DNA of 64,000 bases. It comes from a virus. Lineage: Duplodnaviria > Caudoviricetes. The number at the start of each line of letters is the position of its first letter. The first letter of the stretch is position 1. The notes under the pieces were generated by a model. The model made no database searches, was not told the origin of the DNA, and worked only from the letters and a program-made list of their open reading frames with translations. Of the stretch, positions 12,032 to 24,670 are shown in pieces. The stretch covers positions 5,787 to 69,786 of the IMG/VR virus record IMGVR_UViG_3300013947_000036; one strand, 5' to 3'. The position numbers and the translations under genes are program-made.

Positions 12032-13117
12032 TTAAATATCAGTTTCATTTTCTAATACATTTACTTGAACTAATTGAGTATCAACAGGTGCTACCTATTT
12101 GCAAATATCAGATATTATATTAGCAATTTCAGTTTTTAAAGTATTTTTTATTTTATCTTTGTTTTCATTATTTATATTATTCAATGATTCAAAAATTTTT
12201 TCACATACAATATCTACATCATAATAATTTGTCTTATGTGTCTATGTGTATTCATATCTATTTAAACTTGCTAAAACTTCAATTTTCTGAAAATTCAAAT
12301 TGTTCATGCAATTATCTGATTCAGTTTTTGTATTGTTATTGTAATTTATGTTGTCATAGTATTTTAAATAAACCTAGTCATTACAATGATCTATTGCAAT
12401 ATATTTTCTAGCATTAATTAAATTTGTAACAAAATCATTATGAGACATACTATATAAACTATTCAATTCATTTTTAGTTTTATATATATTTGCTGTATAT
12501 TGTCCAGAATCATAGTCATTTTTAGCATGTCCAGGTATTTCAATTATTTGATTGTATTCAACTTTTGACAATTTGTTTGAATTTATTGTATCAATATTCA
12601 AATCATTTATAGATGTTGCAGTGTTTACATTACTATAATCATACAATATAGTGCTAAGGTGCACATTTGGAAGTGTACTTAGATAATTTGTTAAATGCCA
12701 ATAGTAAACATCAGATAAAATTGTGTTTTTTCCTAATGATTTCAAACCATTCAATTGATAGATTGTATCTCCAACTTGAATTTGATTTATGATGCTTGTC
12801 AATAATGAATTATCTCTATAATTGTATATATTTTGAAAATTTCGTGAATCTGGAAGATTAGAATCAACAGTTTTATTGTATAAAGCAGATTTTAAATATA
12901 AATTATTTAAACAATAAATTGATGAATAAAGTTCATCATTATTATTTGCAATTAAACAATTTTTATTGAAATATTTATCAGAATTATTAGTAGCTTGCTC
13001 AATATTTGCATAATACATTTCAAACTGAGTACTACCATTATTTTCTATTTCAAGCAAAAATGCTTTATTATTGCTTGTTGACGTAAAACTTTTGATTGAT
13101 TTTAATTGTTTTATCAT
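12032..13117 (-). CDS. Hypothetical (probably virion-associated) protein
   Basis: Open under TAG=Gln to TAA 12032. Confidence 0.65.
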
Positions 13118-13184
13118 TTCACTTCAAATTTTGTATATTTAAATATTTAAACAGTTTAAATATTTAAATGATTAAAGATTTTAA

Positions 13185-13595
13185 TCAACACCATTGTGCT
13201 GATGTAGCTATACCATATAATTTTACATTGTTTGCAAGATTAACTTTAGTTCGTTCAACATTCATTATACCTAATATGTCAAATGAAACATTATCATTAA
13301 ATGCATATGTATTAATAGTTAATGGACCAGACAATGTTCCACCTGTAAGTGGCAAATAATTTCCAAAATTGTTTTCTGCACTAGTTGTTCTTTCATTTAG
13401 TACACTGACGTTATTTGATAAATCATTAATCTATTTTTGTAGATTTGTTGTCAATTCATTTACATAATCAATAAATTTACGTAAATCATATTTATATGAT
13501 GTATTATTATAACTAACTTCAAGCCAAGTTTCAGCTTGAATATTAGATATTGCATTTTGTAGTGTGTTAAGTTCTGTGATTGATTGTATATTCAT
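13185..13595 (-). CDS. Small tail-fibre-related protein
   Basis: YLPLTGGTLSGPL fibre motif; coiled-coil N-half. Confidence 0.6.
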
Positions 13596-14744
13596 TTAAA
13601 AATATTCCTTTTAATCTTATTTGCCAACTTGACATGTTATAACTGATAAATCAATTTTAGCAGTTTTAGCACTATTTGCATTTATAAGAAAACAATATTC
13701 ATTTTCAGATTTAATATATACATTGTAAATTTCTATATCAGGATCATTGCAAGAAATTCCAATTATACTTGTTGGTATATATTCATATTTATTAAAATTA
13801 GTAACATTATCATCTTGATCACTATACTAACTAGATTTTAATTGATTTGTTTTTGTGTATAATTTTAAACCTTCTGAACAAGTAACATCTATAGAAAACT
13901 CAAATGTTAACATTGGATATAAATAGTAAAAATTTAAACCATTACTACCTACTGAATTTCGTATATCGTTTAATACACTCATCATACTAGGTCTATATCT
14001 ATCACTAGTGTTATCATATAATGTATAAACAATATTATCACTAGAAGATAAATACTTATCATTTGACAAGTCAACAAATTGTCCATATAAATCTGAAGTA
14101 AGTCTATTTATATTAGCTGAAAGTTCAGGATCAATATCTCCAATAGTTCCCCCAGAACTACTTCCAGTACCCATAGTGCTAAGTGCAGCAACTTTATCAG
14201 ATAAATCATCTAAAGACTTAGAAATTGATATTATTTCACTATTTAATGTAGTTGAAATATTAGAAACATCTGTTTTTTTAATGTAGTTAGTGCTAATTGA
14301 AGTTATATCAGTAGTTAAACTAGTTGAAATAACACTTACAGATGATATTTTAGCATAATTTTCAATTTGTATATCTTTTATAACTGCTTTTTTTATAGTA
14401 TCTGAATCTACTGTACCTGTCTAAATACTAGTTATTTGTTTATTTATAGCAGTTATATCATTTTTCAATTCAGTTGAAATACTACTTGCAACAGATGTCA
14501 ATGTATATGTATTTCCTAAAGTTGATCTAATATCATCTATTGCTGAATTTACTATAGTATCAGTTGATGATTTTATACCAGTTGAAATATTTGCAACTAA
14601 CTGATTAGAAAGAATACTGTAATGGATATTTCCAGTTCGCCAACTATCATTAGTTATTTTTGAACCTAAAAACACAATATCACCAGTACTAGTCAATTCA
14701 GTACTATAAATATATCCAAGATTTCTAATATTTATTTCTGCCAT
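13596..14744 (-). CDS. Hypothetical structural protein (Ser/Thr-rich)
   Basis: Joins ORFs 14421-14744 and 13827-14174 via TAG. Confidence 0.6.
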
Positions 14745-14755
14745 TTTAAATCCTT

Positions 14756-17700
14756 TTAATGTATCTAATTGAAATAACTAGTGACATATAGTTTAGAATC
14801 ACCAATTTTGATATAATCATTATTTTTCTCAATCTAAGTTTCAATATCTTTATATTTGTCAGATTTAATATAATATTTGTCAATACTAGCTTGTACACTA
14901 TCATGAAAATCATCATTGATTTTATCATCAACTAATTGCAAAATAAATTTAGGTGTAGTATCTGATATGTTTTTAATGAAAAATATATGAGATGGAATCA
15001 AAGCATTATTGACAATTTTCTGCAATTGCAAATAACCTGAATTTCCAGGTGAATCTAGATTCAAAAACTAATGTTTTATGTTATATAGATTTTTAAGACT
15101 AGAATCTTGCTTAAAATCATGTTCAGTATGGTAATTGTACCATTTAGTGTTGAAATCAAGTTTTATGCCTTTAGTTGTGTTATACCAACAAACAGACAAA
15201 ACATCTTCAGTTCCATTGTTGTTGTATAAACCAATTATATATTGATTGCTAATATTTGCTTGATATTGTGATCTATAAGTACCTGGATCATATAATTCAT
15301 GTATATTTCTAATGTTTGTTGCTTTTATAAGATATGCATTATCTTTGAATTTATCAAAAGTTTTTTTCGAAAATTCACCATCAGTTTTATTAGTAATATC
15401 ATTCAAATCTACATTAAATTGTTCATCTATACGTATTGATATGTCTGTTGTTCCAAGTTCAGTCTAAAATTGTGTAGGATCATATATATATCTTGAAATT
15501 GTCTATAGACGTTTTTTCATTTCAGAATATCTTGCATCAGTATAATTACCAACACGATAGCTATTTGCTTTAGTATCAGATGAATCAAATATTTCATTGT
15601 ACTATTTTGTGCTATAACTTTCATGCATTCTTGCTGGAATAGCAAATTTGAAGAAAATACCTTTATTACTAGTAGCCGATGGTTTACCTATAAGTTCAAA
15701 TTTAACCTATTGTTTCTATATCAAATTTTTCTGCCAACAGCTACCATTGTTGTTATCATTAGTCTAATAAATATTGTTATCTTTATCTCTAAAAGTTTTT
15801 ACAAATCCCATATTTCCATACAATACATATTTTCTGTCAATATTAGACAAAGGTTTTATTTGTTTTGAGTCATAAACTAATTCTCGTGTCGTTATTGATC
15901 TATTTATAGTGTCAATTTTGTCATTTATTGACTAATTATTTGATTTTATCTATGGATAATTACTGAAAATATGTCCTAATCTGTCTTTTAAACTTAGATT
16001 ATTGTTTGTCAATTTATTGTTTATGTATGCAACTGTTATATTTTTTTTATCTGTTACATTTATATGTATCTTAGTGTTAACGCTTAAATCATTGCAAGTT
16101 AAATCATATCTTAGATAATTTTTGACTTGATCACCATATTTTTCATTTTTAATCCAATATGGCATATAGATTGTATATCTATTATTATTTAGTTTTGTTG
16201 CAACAACACCTAAATTTGTATTGTTGTTGTAGAAACCTTCAAAAGTATAATCAGATAATGGAATATACTAAGTAGAATCAGAATAACCACTTTGAATATC
16301 TTGTGTCAAATAATAATTGTATTTGTTTTGTTCAAGTGAACTATCAAATATCTTCTTTATGTTAGCATGTATAACTTGTGTTTCATTATTAGAATTTTCA
16401 GTATATTTGCATACAAACATCAATTCAGATTTATCTTTTGAAATTGTAAAATCATATACAGCTGGAAATTTAAAACTATTTAAATTGTTTCCAAAATTTG
16501 ATATCATATTAACATTGTCAAAAGCTGTATTTGATTTTAACACTAAATGTTTGTTGTTGATATATTTTATTTGTGATATGTCATTTTTGTAATTATTACT
16601 AGTATCATAAACCATCATTGGAAAAGCAATTGGATGGTTTTTTATTCTCATGAACATTATTCCAGGTTTATCTTTCCAATAATCACTATCTAAATGTTTT
16701 GCATCTTTTATATTTCTAATACTATTATCATATTTGACTAAAATATACATATTATTGAAATAATCTCTTCCATATCTGTAAATGTTATAATATGGATTAT
16801 TAGCAACAGCTGTTAAATATGAACTTAAATTTGTCAACTATGAAGTTATTTGTGACAATTCTGTCTAAGACAAATTCAATTTATTGTACCATTTGTTAGT
16901 TTGATTATTCAATGATATTTTAAATTCATTAGAATTTTTCAAAAATTCATAGATAGTTGTTGGATAGAAAATGCCATCATAGTCAATATGTTCAACAGTG
17001 ACGTTCAATGGAGTTTTATTTGATGATTTTTCATATATTGAAATATAGTCAGAATTGACATTATATGGATTATTCCATACATTTTTAAGATATCCATTTT
17101 GATCTATATAAGTAGACAATTTATTGTATAGAATATCTGAGAATTTTTCAGAAATTATGTTTGCAATATTGTCAATTGGATAGTCAAATTCATCTGAATA
17201 CATAAATGCTTGCAAATATGGATGGATTTGATATGATGGATGTTTTTTGTTTTTCAAATTGTAAAATGATTCTGATCCAGATGACAAACCACTGTATTTT
17301 TTGAACAATCTATTTTTGTAGTCTCTAAATGAAGATAATTTAGATTGATTGTAGTTTGAAATTGAATTTGTCAAATTCAAATCAATATTGCAACATATGT
17401 TTCCATTTGAAGATTTGAATGTATTGTCTGCTCCTGTGTTATAGACATTGTTCAAAAAATTATTCAATGTAGTTTTCTATTTGTCATCATATTTAGATAA
17501 TGATAATGTTGATTTAATTGGTTCAAGTTGCATTTGCAGATTTTGACTATACATACTATAGATATTGTCAAATGTAAATTCTGTTTTAGATGAACCTTTT
17601 ATGAAATTAGAATTTGAAAAAATATTGTTTGAATTATGTGGCAATGACTGATTTATGTATTTTGATGATTCCCAAAATCTTGCATTTACATTTTCATTTT

Positions 17701-19177
17701 CAGCATCATTTGCAGTGCTTATGTTGAAGTATTCAGTTGGATCTACATATTCATTTACATTGATTATTACATCTGAAACTTGATATTCATGTATTTGATC
17801 AGTGGCATTTAGTTGCTAACATATTTTTTTGTATACAGGATAAATATTGTTTTTTACATATTCTCTGACTACATATGACAAATGAAGTTTTGTTCCTTTA
17901 AGAAAATTCTTTTGGACTTGAGTTTTTATTTGTTCACGAATTTCACGTATTGAATCTGTTATTTGCGCTAACAATTGAGCAACATGTTCAATCATCTATT
18001 GATTTATGTTATAGTCATCACTATTTTTAGTATATAGTCTCTAAGATGTGTTTTTGACAATCAAATATGAATTGTCGACATTGTATTTCTAAGAATCTAT
18101 ATACAATGACAAATAGTTTGAATATTCATTTTCAACAAACTTGAAATATTCTTGCACTGCTTTTTGCCTGTAATAATAATATCTTGACTATAGTTCATTT
18201 GCACTTAAAGGTTGGTTTCTATATGCTTGTTCAGCACTTAGCAAATATTGTTCATGAATTGAATAATCTGAAAATTTTGTGTATCCATTTTCTATTTTAT
18301 CATATTCAACGACTTGATTAAAACTTTTTGAAACATTGTATTTTAATCTATATTTTTCTAATTTGTCAATTTCATCAATATCAGTATTTGCAATAGTGAA
18401 ATCTGAAAGAATTATTGTGTCAGACAAATCTCTATAGATTTCTAAATCAGACCAATTGTATTTAAGATGACAATAATCTGACAATACTTTATTGTAGACA
18501 GCTGAAGTGAAATTGTAAAGCAAATTGCTGTTTATGTATGGTTTGTATTTGACTGATATGTTGTCTTTGCCTAATTCTGTAGACAAAATTATAGATTCAT
18601 CTGTTGTATTGAATACAGATGTCAATCTAGCATTAGTCAATTTTTCTATGTTTGACATCAAATCTACTGATGTTTCTGTATTTAAACTTGAAATTTGTTC
18701 ACCTAACAACTATGCAAACAATGGTTGAACTTTATTTCCATTTAACAAATATTCTTTTTTTATTGATAAAACATCTATCAACTTCAATATTTTCAATGGC
18801 ATTAATTTTATTTTGTCAAAAACAGTATAATTAATGCCTAATTGACTTATCATTGATTGCAAGGATTTTATCTTGCAAGTGTCAATATCTGATATATTGT
18901 CAATAAAATTCAAAATATTTGATTCAAATACTTCTGAAATATTTTCATGTAAAAATGAATCTGACAATGATTTTTCAGCAATATTCGACAAAGCATTCCA
19001 AATATATGAATCTTTTGTGTTGCTGTTTCCAGACAATGTATCATAAGCAGTCTTTTTGAAATTGAAATTATTGACTGCATTTACAGCTTCTCTAGTAAAA
19101 GAAAAATTATTTGTGTTTTTTTCTATTAAAGATATATAATTACTTAATTCATTACTACTTATGACATTTTCACTCAT
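14756..19177 (-). CDS. ~1470-aa baseplate/tail-associated protein
   Basis: Seven track ORFs share one frame, separated only by TAG; directly follows the gp6-like gene. Confidence 0.7.
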
Positions 19178-19210
19178 ACTTTTATTATTTACTTTTTGTG
19201 AAAATAGAAA

Positions 19211-19233
19211 ATGCTAAGAATATGTCTTAGCAT
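19211..19233 (-). terminator. Putative intrinsic terminator
   Basis: ATGCTAAGA-N5-TCTTAGCAT hairpin followed by a T run on the minus strand. Confidence 0.6.
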
Positions 19234-19258
19234 TAAAATTTGATTTTTTTTCTAAAAA

Positions 19259-21178
19259 TCAATATTGAACAGTATTTATATTGTTGACAGATTTACGTAT
19301 AACTTTTATTTTGCTAGCAATATTTGCTGAATTATATAAAATAGGAAATTGGAATGTTTCAAGTGATCTAGAGTTAGTTGAAATTTCTAGATCATCACCA
19401 TAATCTATGAATGTTGATGTCCATGTTGCAAATGACAAACCAATCTATATTCTTTTTTCTCCAGTTTCAGTATTATAGTAAACAGTTCTTACATTTGTTA
19501 TAGAACCAATTTCATATATGTCATCTAGCAAATCATTGTAATTAACTAGTTGTCCAAGTTTGAAATTGTCTTCATTGAAAAAATTCTGAATTTTTGTAGC
19601 AATCTATTGCTATATGTTTGAGTTAGCATACAATGTATTATTGTCAATAGTTATTTCAAAATATGAATAGTTGTTAGCATCAAACATTGTAGTGTCATTG
19701 CTAAAATACATTTGCATTGCTTGTTCTTCAGTTTGTGCACATGGAGCAAAATAGACATCTAATGGTTTTAGATAAACAGGTTCATGTGTAAGTGTTTTTA
19801 TGCTAGTTATTTCAGAATTCAAAACATTTTTATATATTTCAGCATCTGCTATCATTTTTATCCAAATATATACATTGTTCATGTCAGCAGCATCTGAATA
19901 TTTCAAATCATATTTAGTCAATCTATTTGGAGTTATGTAATAATCTCCAGAATTATGTTTTTTTACACCAATGTTGTACAACCATCTATAGAATGTAGAA
20001 ATATATTCTGCATTGTTTTGACATTTTACATCAAGAATATCAGATTTAAATCTGTTTTTTATGAAATATTCATAGTCAGATGCAGTTACAAGTCTATTTC
20101 CAGTTTTGAACCATTGTGGAGCATTTCGTCTTATTTCATCTACGCTTTCTTCAGCTAAACCATATGATGATTTTTCAGTGTTTGACCATTTAGCATCTGA
20201 GTAGATTGTGCCACTAGCCATATTTGAACTATCAATATCTTCATCTGCTCCAAAAATTCCTTTATATACATCTGATGACATGCCAAAAACAGATTTATTA
20301 TGGACTATCTTAGCATTTTCAACATCATATGGATTCAATTGCAAAGTTTCATCATTTGAATCAAGATACATAATGAAAATTTGAGCATCTTTTTCTGGAA
20401 TTTCACCAGTTGTATTGTCACCAAATGACAATTCATATACTTTGTTTTCATTAAGTCTTACATTGTATATAGTGTCAGTGCTAGTATGTATATATGAACC
20501 ATTGTCAGTATTGTTTGCCATGAACAAACCATCAGATGTAGCTGTCCATTGTTTAAATATATTTTGATTCAAACTGTCTTTTACATAAACATGTATCATA
20601 GAATCTGATACATATTGCTTAGAATTTGAATCTGATTTCAAATCATCTAATACAAATGTCTAAAATGCTTCACCTGATGATGTAAAAATAGTAGGATAAA
20701 GCTTCCATATTCCATTGTAGAAAATAAATGTAGCATCATTATTTACATTCAAATCTTCATCTTTGACTAATGAATAATAAACTTTTCTTCCATTTGCATC
20801 ACTAAGTTTAGTATATATTGTTGAATATTTCTTAAAACTTCCTTGATTAACAGTTAAATTTTGTTTGTTTGTTATAGTAAATGTTGTAGTTGATGGTGAA
20901 TAACCTTTTGGATTATAACCAATAAACTTGCAAAGTCTATTTATATTTTCATATATCTATGTGTCACTAAACATAGCTTCTGCTGCAGCAGAATTCAATT
21001 GATACATTAAACATTGATACATATATGACACAATATCAATCAATATTGCAAGATTTGATCCTTCATAGACCTAATCTGTGAATCTTGTGTCTTCTGAAAG
21101 TTTTCTAGTTATAAGATCTTTTATACTATAAGCAGAAAATCTCAAATACTATATATTATTATCTGTAGATGATGCCAT
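19259..21178 (-). CDS. gp6: Baseplate wedge protein, T4 gp6-like
   Basis: DQVYEGSNLAILID, ESVDEIRRNAP, RLVTASDY motifs; 639 aa after readthrough. Confidence 0.85.
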
Positions 21179-21191
21179 GTTATTAACTAAT

Positions 21192-21326
21192 TTAGCTATT
21201 TAAAGTGTTTTTTATTTTTTTAAAACATTTATCTTTTATGATTTTCTCTAAAAAATTTGATGCTTTTACATTTTTATTATTTATCACAGCTTTAACAAAT
21301 TTCTCTACATCTGTTGTTTTTTCCAT
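21192..21326 (-). CDS. 44-aa hypothetical protein
   Basis: ATG to TAA, preceded by the AAAAGTAAATA motif. Confidence 0.45.
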   Translation of the reverse strand: MEKTTDVEKFVKAVINNKNVKASNFLEKIIKDKCFKKIKNTLNS

Positions 21327-21371
21327 AAACAAAATTCCTTTAAAATCTATTTACTTTTCAAAAAATAAAAA

Positions 21372-21393
21372 TAAGCGCAAAAAATTGCGCTTA
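21372..21393 (-). terminator. Putative intrinsic terminator
   Basis: TAAGCGCAA-N4-TTGCGCTTA plus T tract. Confidence 0.65.
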
Positions 21394-21419
21394 AATTAAT
21401 AAAAAATTTAATTGAAATT

Positions 21420-22349
21420 TCAAATTTGTTTCAAATACTGTTGAATTTCACTTATAAGTTCTAAAATAGAATTCTTCATATTGTTTTTAATTTCTTCTAT
21501 ATTAGAATCTGGTTTTGATGTATGTCTGTATTGAATAGCAGTATCAATTGGAAGTTCAATCAAATCTAATTTGATATTCAATTTTTCTGTCAAAATATCA
21601 TTAATGATATTTGCAAGTGATTTCATTGACAATGAATTTTTATTGTCAACTATATTTGCTTTGCAATTTTTATTTGATAAAATTTTGTCAACTGACATTT
21701 TACTGGCTAAATCAATATCAGTAAATGTACGTGTCGTATTCTTTGAATAATAAATTTTCTAAGTAGTTATACCTGAAAACAACATATTATATATGACACC
21801 TCTTTGTTGATTTCTTCCAAATACATTGAATGGTCTCAAAATCTTAATACTCTAAAGTAAATCTGGATATGCTTTCTGAAAATCAAACAGTTTATTTTCA
21901 ATTAAATATTTGTTATATGAATATAAATATCTAGGATTTTCTAGATTAAATTTATACATTGATTTATCAGTTATAACATCATCAATAGAATCTAATGAAC
22001 CAAAACATTCAGATGTAGAATAAAATGTTATAGAAAAATGTTTATTTTCATTTAACATTGTTTCAAAACAACTTTGAACAATATTGTTATAAAGAATTTT
22101 ATTGTAATTAGCTGCTAAATATGGTTCTGAATTAAAAAGTATTGCACCTATTTTTGATGCAAGTATCACAATATTGTCATAATCATTTTCTTTTAAGAAA
22201 AGTTTTAAAAATTTCTAGCCAACATCTGTACTTAAATCAGCATCATTTAAATCTAATGACTTAAAATAAATATTTCTTTTTTGCAGTTCATTCTATAAAC
22301 CTTTACCTAAAAATCCATTTCCACCTAAAAGCAAAACTTTATTTTTCAT
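21420..22349 (-). CDS. NAD-dependent epimerase/dehydratase (extended SDR)
   Basis: VLLLGGNGFLG Rossmann motif, FYSTSECFG, YxxxK, LRPFNVFG. Confidence 0.8.
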
Positions 22350-22420
22350 ACATAAAATATTGTACAAAAAAAAATAAGTAGTTTAAACTACTCATTTAAT
22401 GAGAAATTGAAATAGAAAAA

Positions 22421-23044
22421 TCAATTCCACTTTGAACTTAATGCCATACCATGAATTGGATTTGTAAATGTCTTAGTACCACTAATAAACTAATTACCAG
22501 TAAGTAAAACACAATTATTAGATATATATGTTGTTATCTAATTATATAAGGATGTTAAATCACTAGATAAAGTACTACTCATTGATGCACTAGTAATATT
22601 TATATTGTTATTTATACCATTTAATAAATCTTTAATTTTAGTACTTAAATCATTAGATAAGCTTGTGAATGTAGCAGTTAAATGGTTTTTAAAGTCATTC
22701 TATTCATCTGATAAAGTACTAGATAAATTATTTAAAGTATTAAGTATATCATTACATTTAGATATATGTAAATTTAATGTAGCTACATGTTTATTATATT
22801 TATCAGATATTTCATTTAATACATAATTAGTACTATTATAAAGTGGTTGAATATAATCATTCTCTAGTTTAGCATATATAGCTCCACATAATTGTGTTGT
22901 CAATGAAGCTGCATCTATATTAAATGATATATATTTTTTTAAAACATTATCTTGTTTATTTATAGTGCCAACTAATCTAGACACTAGCAATAAATCATTC
23001 ATTTCTAATGATGAAAGTGTTGAAAGATCTGAAATTTTAGCCAT
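22421..23044 (-). CDS. Small tail-fibre-related protein
   Basis: MAKISDL N-terminus, LLTGNQFISGTKTF fibre motif. Confidence 0.6.
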
Positions 23045-23053
23045 AGTTTATTT

Positions 23054-23800
23054 TCACTCCGATTGTTTTGTGTATGTATACATATAACTATATTGTTGTT
23101 CATTCAATGTAGGAATAGAATATATTATTTCAAGATGAATAGTATTGTTTTCAGTGTCTTCAACAGTTGAAACATTTACAATCTAGTTTATAGATACTCT
23201 TGGTTCATATTCTGAAATGCAATGTTGAATTTCAGCTATAATCTATTCTGTATTGTAATCAGTTATTCCAGAATACAAATATTTGTAAAGTGTATTTCCA
23301 AATTCTGGATTCAAAATTCTTTCACCTGGCAACCATGAAAAAATATTATGCAAAGAATTTTGAACAGCTCTTACATTGACACTTCTGTCAACTTTATATT
23401 TTGACATAGATGTGTTAATGATAAAACTATTGTAGTCATCTATATAAGATTTGTCAGGAAATATTTTAACAGTATCTAAATCATGTGATAAATCTCTATC
23501 AGTCAATATTGAAACATTGTTTAAAGTATTGTTTAATTTATCTAAATTAGAAATAACATAATTTGAAATTTTTGAATCAGCTGTCAATTCAACACTACCA
23601 TTGCTAGTGCTACTATATATGTAGTTTTCTAATTCTAAATCTTTTAAATAATTGATTTCATTAGGCTTTATGTAAAATTCTCTAGATGTTGCTGCAGAAT
23701 TGAACTTTGATTTCATTGAAATATCACTATAGACAACTAAATTGTCATTTGACAACAAATTTGTTTGATTATTTCCAACATTATATATTTTATTTGCCAT
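23054..23800 (-). CDS. gp25: Baseplate wedge subunit, gp25-like, with N-terminal extension
   Basis: AVQNSLHNIFSWLPGERILNPEFG and YEPRV motifs. Confidence 0.85.
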
Positions 23801-23802
23801 TT

Positions 23803-24654
23803 TTAAAGTTCAATTGTATATCCAACTAAAAACATTATATGTCTCTAAATAATTTTGTTTGGTTCTTTTTCTTGTATAGCTTCATCAGTTTTTTTTACAT
23901 TAGCTATTATTGGTTTCAAATCAACAAGATATTTCTTTATGTTTTTCTGAAAATCATTTGATGTTTTTGTTTTTCCATCTGCATCAGCATATATTGTGCG
24001 CATTTGGTTCTAAGATATTTTTGATGCATTTTGTTCACCAGAAAATGTTTTGAAATACGTTTGTAAAGATTTAAAACCTTCATTTTTTGCTTTTGTCAAA
24101 TTAGTTTCAAGTTCAGTTTTACGTGTTTCATTTTCTTTAGCTACATTGTCAAAAAACTGTTTTTGAGCTGCTTTGAATTCAATTTTATTGTTTTCAATGT
24201 CAGATTCTGAAACTTTGAATTCTTTTACTTTAAATCCTTTAAGCAAATCATTGTAAGCTTTTATGATTTTTTTCTAGACATCTAATGCTGCAGATTTTTT
24301 GTCTGCATCTTTATCAGTCAATTTTTGTTTTTCTTTTTCTTTTTTGTCTTTTTCTTCAGCTTTTACTAATTCTTTGTCTAAATCAACAAGTTTTTTCTGT
24401 TTTTTAAGATCTATTTGCAATTGATATTCAAAAAGCTTAGCAATTCCTAATTGATATTCACCACTTTTGTTTCCTAAATCAAAATTTACATTTCCAATGT
24501 TTTCAGGTTTTGCTGAATCATTAGGATTTAAAATTCCAGTGTTGACAATGAACATTCCATTGTCAGTTTTTACTTGATCTTTTGCTGCTAAATGCAACTT
24601 AGCAAGTAAAACTCCAGCATCTATATCAAAAATTGGTGTATTAGAATTTTCCAT
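23803..24654 (-). CDS. Hypothetical Lys/Glu-rich protein
   Basis: Joined through TAG 24274, 24010 and 23853 region. Confidence 0.6.
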
Positions 24655-24670
24655 ATCAATATTTCAAAAA

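Noticed and set aside
22376-22393. AAGTAG-TTTAAA-CTACTC hairpin as a novel element
   Set aside because: Most simply a weak intrinsic terminator after the 22421 gene
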